This document shows, one piece after another, positions 31,401 through 43,400 of a stretch of 64,000 nt of DNA. Where the stretch lies: contig OZ024756.1 in NCBI GenBank assembly GCA_964016885.1, positions 3,596,001-3,660,000 on the forward strand, read 5' to 3'. Each line of letters opens with the position of its first letter. Position 1 is the stretch's first letter. Made by a program: the position numbers and the translations under genes. Source of the DNA: Eledone cirrhosa (taxonomy: Eukaryota). Below the pieces are notes generated by a model. That model had not been told where the DNA came from, searched no databases, and was given only the letters and a program-made list of their open reading frames with translations.

Positions 31401-34400
31401 GAGGAGGTGGACTAAAGGGGTTTACAGTGGTGGAGTGGTGGAGGAGGACTAAAGTGGTTTACAGTGGTGGTGTGGTGGAGGAGGACTAAAGTGGTTTATA
31501 GTGGTGGTGTGGTGGAGGAGGACTAAAGTGGTTTACAGTGGTGGTGTGGTGGAGGAAGACTAAAGTGGTTTACAGTGGTGGAGTGGTGGAGGAGGTGGAC
31601 TAAAGGGGTTTACAATGGTGGAGTGGTGGAGGTAGACTAAAGTGGTTTACGGTGGTGGAGTGGTGGAGGAAGACTAAAGGGGTTTACAGTGGTGGAGTGG
31701 TGGAGGAAGACTAAAGTGGTTTACAGTGGTGGAGTGGTGGAGGAGGTGGACTAAAGTGGTTTACAATGGTGGAGTGGTGGAGGTAGACTAAAGTGGTTTA
31801 CGGTGGTGGTGTGGTGGAGGAAGGCTAAAGTGGTTTACAGTGGTGGTGTGGTGGAAGAAGACTAAAGTGGTTTACAGTGGTGGTGTGGTGTAGGAAGACT
31901 AAAGTGGTGTACAATGGTGGAGTGGTGGAGGAAGACTAAAGTGGTTTACAGTGGTGGAGTGGTGGAGGAAGACTAGAGTGGTTTACAATGGTGGAGTGGT
32001 GGAGGAGGTGGACTAAAGGGGTTTACAGTGGTGGAGTGGTGGAGGAGGACTAAAGGGGTTTACAGTGGTGGAGTGGTGGAGGAGGTGGACTAAAGGGGTT
32101 TACAATGGTGGAGTGGTGGAGGTAGACTAAAGTGGTTTACGGTGGTGGAGTGGTGGAGGAAGACTAAAGGGGTTTATAGTGGTGGAGTGGTGGAGGAAGA
32201 CTAAAGTGGTTTACAGTGGTGGAGTGGTGGAGGAGGTGGACTAAAGTGGTTTACAATGGTGGAGTGGTGGAGGTAGACTAAAGTGGTTTACGGTGGTGGT
32301 GTGGTGGAGGAAGGCTAAAGTGGTTTACAGTGGTGGTGTGGTGGAGGAAGACTAAAGTGGTTTACAGTGGTGGTGTGGTGTAGGAAGACTAAAGTGGTGT
32401 ACAATGGTGGAGTGGTGGAGGAAGACTAAAGTGGTTTACAGTGGTGGAGTGGTGGAGGAAGACTAAAGTGGTTTACAATGGTGGAGTGGTGGAGGAGGTG
32501 GACTAAAGGGGTTTACAGTGGTGGAGTGGTGGAGGAGGACTAAAGGGGTTTACAGTGGTGGAGTGGTGGAGGAGGTGGACTAAAGGGGTTTACAGTGGTG
32601 GAGTGGTGGAGGAGGTGGACTAAAGGGGTTTACAATGGTGGAGTGGTGGAGGAAGACTAAAGGGGTTTACAGTGGTGGTGTGGTGGAGCAAGACTAAAGG
32701 GTTTTACAGTGGTGGAGTGGTGGAGGAAGACTAAAGTGGTTTACAGTGGTGGAGTGGTGGAGGAGGTGGACTAAAGGGGTTTACAGTGGTGGAGTGGTGG
32801 AGGAAGACTAAAGGGGTTTACAGTGGTGGAGTGGTGGAGGAAGACTAAAGGGGTTTACAGTGGTGGTGTGGTGGAGGAAGACTAAAGGGGTTTACAGTGG
32901 TGGAGTGGTGGAGGAAGACTAAAGGGTTTTACAGTGGTGGAGTGGTGGAGGAAGACTAAAGTGGTTTACAGTGGTGGAGTGGTGGAGGAGGTGGACTAAA
33001 GGGGTTTACAGTGGTGGAGTGGTGGAGGAGGTGGACTTAAGGGGTTTACAGTGGTGGAGTGGTGGAGGAGGACTAAAGGGGTTTACAGTGGTGGAGTGGT
33101 GGAGGAGGTGGACTAAAGGGGTTTACAGTGGTGGAGTGCTGGAGGAGGTGGACTAAAGGGGTTTACAATGGTGGAGTGGTGGAGGAAGACTAAAGGGGTT
33201 TACAGTGGTGGAGTGGTGGAGGAAGACTAAAGTGGTTTACAGTGGTGGAGTGTTGGAGGAAGACTAAAGTGGTTTACAGTGGTGGAGTGGTGGAGGAAGA
33301 CTAAAGTGGTTTACAGTGGTGGTGTGGTGGAGGAGGTGGACTAAAGGGGTTTACAGTGGTGGAGTGGTGGAGGAGGTGGACTAAAGGGGTTTACAGTGGT
33401 GGAGTGGTGGAGGAAGACTAAAGGGGTTTACAGTGGTGGAGTGGTGGAGGAAGACAAAAGTGGTTTACAGTGGTGGATTGGTGGAGGAAGACTAAAGTGG
33501 TTTACAGTGGTGGAGTGGTGGAGGAAGACTAAAGTGGTTTACAGTGGTGGAGTGGTGGAGGAGGTGGACTAAAGGGGTTTACAGTGGTGGTGTGGTGGAG
33601 GAAGACTAAAGTGGTTTACAGTGGTGGTGTGGTGTAGGAAGACTAAAGGGGTTTACAGTGGTGGAGTGGTGGTGGAAGACTAAAATCGTTTACAGTGGTG
33701 GTGTGGTTGAGGAAGACTAAAGTGGTTTAAAGTGGTGGTGTGGTGGAGGAAGACTAAAGGGGTTTACAGTGGTGGTGTGATGGAGGAAGACTAAAGTGGT
33801 TTACAGTGGCGGAGTGGTGGAGGAAGACTAAAGTGGTTTACAGTGGTGGAGTGGTGGAGGAAGACTAAAGGGGTTTACAGTGGTCGAGTGGTGGAGGAAG
33901 ACTAAAGGGGTTTACAGTGGTGGAGTGATGGAGGAAGACTAAAGTGGTTTACAGTGGTGGAGTGGTGGAGGAAGACTAAAGTGGTTTACAATGGTGGAGC
34001 GGTGGAGGAAGACTAAAGTGGTTTACAGTGGTGGAGTGGTGGAGGAAGACTAAAGTGGTTTACAGTGGTGGAGTGGTGAAGGAAGACTAAAGTGGTTTAC
34101 AGTGGTGGAGTGGTGGAGGAAGACTAAAGTGGTTTACAGTGGTGGTTTGGTGGAGGAAGACTAAAGGGGTTTACAGTGGTGGTGTGGTGGAGGAAGACTA
34201 AAGGGGTTTACAGTGGTGGTGTGGTGGAGGAAGACTAAAGGGGTTTACAGTGGTGGAGTGGTGGAGGAAGACTAAAGGGGTTTACAGTGGTTGAGTGGTG
34301 GAGGAAGACTAAAGGGGTTTACAGTGGTCGAGTGGTGGAGGAAGACTAAAGGGGTTTACAGTGGTGGAGTGATGGAGGAGGTGGACTAAAGGGGTTTACA

Positions 34401-37400
34401 GTGGTGGAGTGGTGGAGGAGGACTAAAGTGGTTTACAGTGGTGGTGTGGTGGAGGAGGACTAAAGTGGTTTATAGTGGTGGTGTGGTGGAGGAGGACTAA
34501 AGTGGTTTACAGTGGTGGTGTGGTGGAGGAAGACTAAAGTGGTTTACAGTGGTGGAGTGGTGGAGGAGGTGGACTAAAGGGGTTTACAATGGTGGAGTGG
34601 TGGAGGTAGACTAAAGTGGTTTACGGTGGTGGAGTGGTGGAGGAAGACTAAAGGGGTTTACAGTGGTGGAGTGGTGGAGGAAGACTAAAGTGGTTTACAG
34701 TGGTGGAGTGGTGGAGGAGGTGGACTAAAGTGGTTTACAATGGTGGAGTGGTGGAGGTAGACTAAAGTGGTTTACGGTGGTGGTGTGGTGGAGGAAGGCT
34801 AAAGTGGTTTACAGTGGTGGTGTGGTGGAGGAAGACTAAAGTGGTTTACAGTGGTGGTGTGGTGTAGGAAGACTAAAGTGGTGTACAATGGTGGAGTGGT
34901 GGAGGAAGACTAAAGTGGTTTACAGTGGTGGAGTGGTGGAGGAAGACTAGAGTGGTTTACAATGGTGGAGTGGTGGAGGAGGTGGACTAAAGGGGTTTAC
35001 AGTGGTGGAGTGGTGGAGGAGGACTAAAGGGGTTTACAGTGGTGGAGTGGTGGAGGAGGTGGACTAAAGGGGTTTACAGTGGTGGAGTGGTGGAGGAGGT
35101 GGACTAAAGGGGTTTACAATGGTGGAGTGGTGGAGGAAGACTAAAGGGGTTTACAGTGGTGGTGTGGTGGAGCAAGACTAAAGGGTTTTACAGTGGTGGA
35201 GTGGTGGAGGAAGACTAAAGTGGTTTACAGTGGTGGAGTGGTGGAGGAGGTGGACTAAAGGGGTTTACAGTGGTGGAGTAGTGGAGGAAGACTAAAGGGG
35301 TTTACAGTGGTGGTGTGGTGGAGGAAGACTAAAGGGGTTTACAGTGGTGGAGTGGTGGAGGAAGACTAAAGGGGTTTACAGTGGTGGTGTGGTGGAGGAA
35401 GACTAAAGGGGTTTACAGTGGTGGAGTGGTGGAGGAAGACTAAAGGGTTTTACAGTGGTGGAGTGGTGGAGGAAGACTAAAGTGGTTTACAGTGGTGGAG
35501 TGGTGGAGGAGGTGGACTAAAGGGGTTTACAGTGGTGGAGTGGTGGAGGAGGTGGACTAAAGGGGTTTACAGTGGTGGAGTGGTGGAGGAGGACTAAAGG
35601 GGTTTACAGTGGTGGAGTGGTGGAGGAGGTGGACTAAAGGGGTTTACAATGGTGGAGTGGTGGAGGAAGACTAAAGTGGTTTACAGTGGTGGAGTGGTGG
35701 AGGAAGACTAAAGTGGTTTACAGTGGTGGAGTGGTGGAGGAGGTGGACTAAAGGGGTTTACAGTGGTGGAGTGGTGGAGGAAGACTAAAGGGGTTTACAG
35801 TGGTGGAGTGGTGGAGGAGGACTAAAGGGGTTTACAGTGGTGGAGTGGTGGAGGAAGATTAAAGAGGTTTACAGTGGTGGTGTGGTGGACGAAGACTAAA
35901 GGGGTTTACATTGGTGGAGTGGTGGAGGAAGACTAAAGGGGTTTACAGTGGTGGAGTGGTGGAGGAGGAAGACTAAAGGGGTTTACAGTGGTGGAGTGGT
36001 GGAGGAGGAAGACTAAAGGGGTTTACAGTGGTGGAGTGGTGGAGGAAGACTAAAGGGGTTTACAGTGGTGGAGTGGTGGAGGAGGAAGACTAAAGGGGTT
36101 TACAGTGGTGGAGTGGTGGAGGAAGACTAAAGGGGTTTACAGTGGTGGAGTGGTGGAGGAGGAAGACTAAAGGGGTTTACAGTGGTGGAGTGGTGGAGGA
36201 AGACTAAAGTGGTTTACAGTGGTGGTGTGGTGGAGGAAGACTAAAGTGGTTTACAGTGGTGGAGTGGTGGAGGAAGACTAAAGTGGTTTACAGTGGTGGA
36301 GTGGTGGAGGAAGACTAAAGTGGTTTACAGTGGTGGAGTGGTGGAGGAAGACTAAAGTGGTGTACAATGGTGGAGTGGTTGAGGAGGTGGACTAAAGGGG
36401 TTTACAGTGGTGGAGTGGTGGAGGAGGTGGACTAAAGGGGTTTACAGTGGTGGAGTGGTGGAGGAAGACTAAAGGGGTTTACAGTGGTGGAGTGGTGGAG
36501 GAAGACTAAAGTGGTTTACAGTGGTGGAGTGGTGGAGGAAGACTAAAGGGGTTTACAGTGGTGGAGTGGTGGAGGAGGAAGACTAAAGGGGTTTACAGTG
36601 GTGGAGTGGTGGAGGAAGACTAAAGGGGTTTACAGTGGTGGTGTGGTGGAGGAAGACTAAAGGGGTTTACCGTGGTGGAGTGGTGGAGGAGGAAGACTAA
36701 AGGGGTTTACAGTGGTGGAGTGGTGGAGGAGGTGGACTAAAGGAGTTTACAGTGGTGGAGTGGTGGAGGAGGTGGACTAAAGGAGTTTACAGTGGTGGAG
36801 TGGTGGAGGAGGTGGACTAAAGGAGTTTACAGTGGTGGAGTGGTGGAGGAGGAAGACTAAAGGGGTTTACAGTGGTGGAGTGGTGGAGGAGGTGGACTAA
36901 AGGGGTTTACAATGGTGGAGTGGTGGAGGAGGAAGACTAAAGGGGTTTACAGTGGTGGAGTGGTGGAGGAGGACTAAAGGGGTTTACAGTGGTGGAGTGG
37001 TGGAGGAGGAAGACTAAAGGGGTTTACAGTGGTGGAGTGGTGGAGGAGGTGGACTAAAGGGGTTTACAATGGTGGAGTGGTGGAGGAGGAAGACTAAAGG
37101 GGTTTACAGTGGTGGAGTGGTGGAGGAGGAAGACTAAAGGAGTTTACAGTGGTGGAGTGGTGGAGGAGGAAGACTAAAGGGGTTTACAGTGGTGGTGTGG
37201 TGGAGGAAGACTAAAGGGGTTTACAGTGGTGGAGTGGAGGAGGTGGACTAAAGGGGTTTACAATGGTGGAGTGGTGGAGGAGGTGGACTAAAGGAGTTTA
37301 CAGTGGTGGAGTGGTGGAGGAGGTGGACTAAAGGAGTTTACAGTGGTGGAGTGGTGGAGGAGGTGGACTAAAGGAGTTTACAGTGGTGGAGTGGTGGAGG

Positions 37401-40400
37401 AGGTGGACTAAAGGAGTTTACAGTGGTGGAGTGGTGGAGGAGGTGGACTAAAGGAGTTTACAGTGGTGGAGTGGTGGAGGAGGAAGACTAAAGGGGTTTA
37501 CAGTGGTGGAGTGGTGGAGGAGGTGGACTAAAGGAGTTTACAGTGGTGGAGTGGTGGAGGAGGAAGACTAAAGGGGTTTACAGTGGTGGAGTGGTGGAGG
37601 AGGACTAAAGGGGTTTACAGTGGTGGAGTGGTGGAGGAGGAAGACTAAAGGGGTTTACAGTGGTGGAGTGGTGGAGGAGGAAGACTAAAGGAGTTTACAA
37701 TGGTGGAGTGGTGGAGGAGGAAGACTAAAGGAGTTTACAGTGGTGGAGTGGTGGAGGAGGTGGACTAAAGGAGTTTACAGTGGTGGAGTGGTGGAGGAGG
37801 AAGACTAAAGGAGTTTACAATGGTGGAGTGGTGGAGGAGGAAGACTAAAGGAGTTTACAGTGGTGGAGTGGTGGAGGAGGTGGACTAAAGGAGTTTACAG
37901 TGGTGGAGTGGTGGAGGAGGTGGACTAAAGGAGTTTACAGTGGTGGAGTGGTGGAGGAGGAAGACTAAAGGAGTTTACAATGGTGGAGTGGTGGAGGAGG
38001 AAGACTAAAGGAGTTTACAGTGGTGGAGTGGTGGAGGAGGTGGACTAAAGGAGTTTACAGTGGTGGAGTGGTGGAGGAGGTGGACTAAAGGAGTTTACAG
38101 TGGTGGAGTGGTGGAGGAGGTGGACTAAAGGAGTTTACAGTGGTGGAGTGGTGGAGGAGGAAGACTAAAGGAGTTTACAATGGTGGAGTGGTGGAGGAGG
38201 AAGACTAAAGGAGTTTACAGTGGTGGAGTGGTGGAGGAGGTGGACTAAAGGAGTTTACAGTGGTGGAGTGGTGGAGGAGGTGGACTAAAGGAGTTTACAG
38301 TGGTGGAGTGGTGGAGGAGGAAGACTAAAGGAGTTTACAATGGTGGAGTGGTGGAGGAGGAAGACTAAAGGAGTTTACAGTGGTGGAGTGGTGGAGGAGG
38401 TGGACTAAAGGGGTTTACAGTGGTGGAGTGGTGGAGGAGGTGGACTAAAGGGGTTTACAGTGGTGGAGTGGTGGAGGAGGAAGACTAAAGGGGTTTGCAG
38501 TGGTGGAGTGGTGGAGGAGGTGGACTAAAGGAGTTTACAGTGGTGGAGTGGTGGAGGAGGAAGACTAAAGGGGTTTACAGTGGTGGAGTGGTGGAGGAGG
38601 TGGACTAAAGGAGTTTACAGTGGTGGAGTGGTGGAGGAGGAAGACTAAAGGGGTTTACAGTGGTGGAGTGGTGGAGGAGGTGGACTAAAGGAGTTTACAG
38701 TGGTGGAGTGGTGGAGGAGGAAGACTAAAGGGGTTTGCAGTGGTGGAGTGGTGGAGGAGGTGGACTAAAGGAGTTTACAGTGGTGGTGTGGTGGAGGAGG
38801 TGGACTAAAGGGGTTTACAGTGGTGGAGTGGTGGAGGAGGAAGACTAAAGGAGTTTACAGTGGTGGAGTGGTGGAGGAGGTGGACTAAAGGAGTTTACAG
38901 TGGTGGAGTGGTGGAGGAGGTGGACTAAAGGAGTTTACAGTGGTGGAGTGGTGGAGGAGGTGGACTAAAGGAGTTTACAGTGGTGGAGTGGTGGAGGAGG
39001 AAGACTAAAGGAGTTTACAATGGTGGAGTGGTGGAGGAGGAAGACTAAAGGAGTTTACAGTGGTGGAGTGGTGGAGGAGGTGGACTAAAGGAGTTTACAG
39101 TGGTGGAGTGGTGGAGGAGGTGGACTAAAGGAGTTTACAGTGGTGGAGTGGTGGAGGAGGAAGACTAAAGGAGTTTACAATGGTGGAGTGGTGGAGGAGG
39201 AAGACTAAAGGAGTTTACAGTGGTGGAGTGGTGGAGGAGGTGGACTAAAGGGGTTTACAGTGGTGGAGTGGTGGAGGAGGTGGACTAAAGGGGTTTACAG
39301 TGGTGGAGTGGTGGAGGAGGAAGACTAAAGGGGTTTGCAGTGGTGGAGTGGTGGAGGAGGTGGACTAAAGGAGTTTACAGTGGTGGAGTGGTGGAGGAGG
39401 AAGACTAAAGGGGTTTACAGTGGTGGAGTGGTGGAGGAGGTGGACTAAAGGAGTTTACAGTGGTGGAGTGGTGGAGGAGGAAGACTAAAGGGGTTTACAG
39501 TGGTGGAGTGGTGGAGGAGGTGGACTAAAGGAGTTTACAGTGGTGGAGTGGTGGAGGAGGAAGACTAAAGGGGTTTGCAGTGGTGGAGTGGTGGAGGAGG
39601 TGGACTAAAGGAGTTTACAGTGGTGGTGTGGTGGAGGAGGTGGACTAAAGGGGTTTACAGTGGTGGAGTGGTGGAGGAGGTGGACTAAAGGAGTTTACAG
39701 TGGTGGAGTGGTGGAGGAGGTGGACTAAAGGGGTTTACAGTGGTGGAGTGGTGGAGGAGGTGGACTAAAGGAGTTTACAGTGGTGGAGTGGTGGAGGAGG
39801 AAGACTAAAGGGGTTTACAGTGGTGGAGTGGTGGAGGAGGAAGACTAAAGGGGTTTACAGTGGTGGAGTGGTGGAGGAGGTGGACTAAAGGAGTTTACAG
39901 TGGTGGAGTGGTGGTGGAGGAAGACTAAAGGAGTTTACAGTGGTGGAGTGGTGGAGGAGGAAGACTAAAGGGGTTTACAGTGGTGGAGTGGTGGAGGAGG
40001 AAGACTAAAGGAGTTTACAGTGGTGGAGTGGTGGAGGAGGAAGACTAAAGGGGTTTACAGTGGTGGAGTGGTGGAGGAGGAAGACTAAAGGAGTTTACAA
40101 TGGTGGAGTGGTGGAGGAGGACTAAAGGGGTTTACAGTGGTGGAGTGGTGGAGGAGGAAGACTAAAGGGGTTTACAGTGGTGGAGTGGTGGAGGAGGAAG
40201 ACTAAAGGGGTTTACAGTGGTGGAGTGGTGGAGGAGGAAGACTAAAGGGGTTTACAATGGTGGAGTGGTGGAGGAGGAAGACTAAAGGGGTTTACAGTGG
40301 TGGAGTGGTGGAGGAGGAAGACTAAAGGGGTTTACAGTGGTGGAGTGGTGGAGGAGGTGGACTAAAGGGGTTTACAGTGGTGGAGTGGTGGAGGAGGAAG

Positions 40401-43400
40401 ACTAAAGGGGTTTACAGTGGTGGAGTGGTGGAGGAGGAAGACTAAAGGGGTTTACAATGGTGGAGTGGTGGAGGAGGAAGACTAAAGGGGTTTACAGTGG
40501 TGGAGTGGTGGAGGAGGAAGACTAAAGGAGTTTACAGTGGTGGAGTGGTGGAGGAGGAAGACTAAAGGGGTTTACAGTGGTGGAGTGGTGGAGGAGGAAG
40601 ACTAAAGGGGTTTACAGTGGTGGAGTGGTGGAGGAGGAAGACTAAAGGAGTTTACAGTGGTGGAGTGGTGGAGGAGGAAGACTAAAGGGGTTTACAGTGG
40701 TGGAGTGGTGGAGGAGGTGGACTAAAGGGGTTTACAATGGTGGAGTGGTGGAGGAGGACTAAAGGGGTTTACAGTGGTGGAGTGGTGGAGGAGGAAGACT
40801 AAAGGAGTTTACAGTGGTGGAGTGGTGGAGGAGGAAGACTAAAGGGGTTTACAGTGGTGGAGTGGTGGAGGAGGAAGACTAAAGGGGTTTACAGTGGTGG
40901 AGTGGTGGAGGAGGAAGACTAAAGGAGTTTACAGTGGTGGAGTGGTGGAGGAGGAAGACTAAAGGGGTTTACAGTGGTGGAGTGGTGGAGGAGGAAGACT
41001 AAAGGAGTTTACAGTGGTGGAGTGGTGGAGGAGGAAGACTAAAGGGGTTTACAGTGGTGGAGTGGTGGAGGAGGTGGACTAAAGGGGTTTACAATGGTGG
41101 AGTGGTGGAGGAGGACTAAAGGGGTTTACAGTGGTGGAGTGGTGGAGGAGGAAGACTAAAGGGGTTTACAATGGTGGAGTGGTGGAGGAGGAAGACTAAA
41201 GGGGTTTACAGTGGTGGAGTGGTGGAGGAGGAAGACTAAAGGAGTTTACAGTGGTGGAGTGGTGGAGGAGGAAGACTAAAGGGGTTTACAGTGGTGGAGT
41301 GGTGGAGGAGGAAGACTAAAGGAGTTTACAGTGGTGGAGTGGTGGAGGAGGAAGACTAAAGGGGTTTACAGTGGTGGAGTGGTGGAGGAGGTGGACTAAA
41401 GGGGTTTACAATGGTGGAGTGGTGGAGGAGGACTAAAGGGGTTTACAGTGGTGGAGTGGTGGAGGAGGAAGACTAAAGGAGTTTACAATGGTGGAGTGGT
41501 GGAGGAGGACTAAAGGGGTTTACAGTGGTGGAGTGGTGGAGGAGGAAGACTAAAGGAGTTTACAGTGGTGGAGTGGTGGAGGAGGAAGACTAAAGGGGTT
41601 TACAGTGGTGGAGTGGTGGAGGAGGTGGACTAAAGGAGTTTACAGTGGTGGAGTGGTGGAGGAGGAAGACTAAAGGGGTTTACAATGGTGGAGTGGTGGA
41701 GGAGGACTAAAGGGGTTTACAGTGGTGGAGTGGTGGAGGAGGAAGACTAAAGGAGTTTACAGTGGTGGAGTGGTGGAGGAGGAAGACTAAAGGGGTTTAC
41801 AGTGGTGGAGTGGTGGAGGAGGAAGACTAAAGGGGTTTACAATGGTGGAGTGGTGGAGGAGGAAGACTAAAGGGGTTTACAGTGGTGGAGTGGTGGAGGA
41901 GGAAGACTAAAGGAGTTTACAGTGGTGGAGTGGTGGAGGAGGAAGACTAAAGGGGTTTACAGTGGTGGAGTGGTGGAGGAGGAAGACTAAAGGAGTTTAC
42001 AGTGGTGGAGTGGTGGAGGAAGACTAAAGGAGTTTACAGTGGTGGAGTGGTGGAGGAGGTGGACTAAAGGGGTTTACAGTGGTGGAGTGGTGGAGGAGGA
42101 AGACTAAAGGAGTTTACAGTGGTGGAGTGGTGGAGGAGGACTAAAGGGGTTTACAGTGGTGGAGTGGTGGAGGAGGAAGACTAAAGGAGTTTACAGTGGT
42201 GGAGTGGTGGAGGAGGTGGACTAAAGGGGTTTACAGTGGTGGAGTGGTGGAGGAGGTGGACTAAAGGAGTTTACAGTGGTGGAGTGGTGGAGGAGGACTA
42301 AAGGGGTTTACAGTGGTGGAGTGGTGGAGGAGGACTAAAGGGGTTTACAGTGGTGGAGTGGTGGAGGAGGAAGACTAAAGGAGTTTACAGTGGTGGAGTG
42401 GTGGAGGAGGTGGACTAAAGGGGTTTACAGTGGTGGAGTGGTGGAGGAGGTGGACTAAAGGAGTTTACAGTGGTGGAGTGGTGGAGGAGGACTAAAGGGG
42501 TTTACAGTGGTGGAGTGGTGGAGGAGGAAGACTAAAGGGGTTTACAGTGGTGGAGTGGTGGAGGAGGAAGACTAAAGGAGTTTACAGTGGTGGAGTGGTG
42601 GAGGAAGACTAAAGGGGTTTACAGTGGTGGAGTGGTGGAGGAGGTGGACTAAAGGAGTTTACAGTGGTGGAGTGGTGGAGGAGGACTAAAGGGGTTTACA
42701 GTGGTGGAGTGGAGGAGGTGGACTAAAGGGGTTTACAGTGGTGGAGTGGAGGAGGAAGACTAAAGGGGTTTACAATGGTGGAGTGGTGGAGGAGGAAGAC
42801 TAAAGGAGTTTACAGTGGTGGAGTGGTGGAGGAGGTGGACTAAAGGGGTTTACAGTGGTGGTGTGGTGGAGGAAGACTAAAGGGGTTTACAATGGTGGAG
42901 TGGTGGAGGAGGTGGACTAAAGGGGTTTACAGTGGTGGAGTGGTTGAGGAGGACTAAAGGGGTTTACAGTGGAGGAGTGGTGGAGGAGGTGGACTAAAGG
43001 GGTTTACAGTGGTGGTGTGGTGGAGGAAGACTAAAGGGGTTTACAATGGTGGAGTGGTGGAGGAGGTGGACTAAAGGGGTTTACAGTGGTGGTGTGGTGG
43101 AGGAAGACTAAAGGGGTTTACAGTGGAGGAGTGGTGGAGGAGGTGGACTAAAGGGGTTTACAGTGGTGGTGTGGTGGAGGAAGACTAAAGGGGTTTACAA
43201 TGGTGGAGTGGTGGAGGAGGAAGACTAAAGGAGTTTACAGTGGTGGAGTGGTTGAGGAGGACTAAAGGGGTTTACAGTGGAGGAGTGGTGGAGGAGGTGG
43301 ACTAAAGGGGTTTACAGTGGTGGTGTGGTGGAGGAAGACTAAAGGGGTTTACAATGGTGGAGTGGTGGAGGAGGTGGACTAAAGGGGTTTACAGTGGTGG

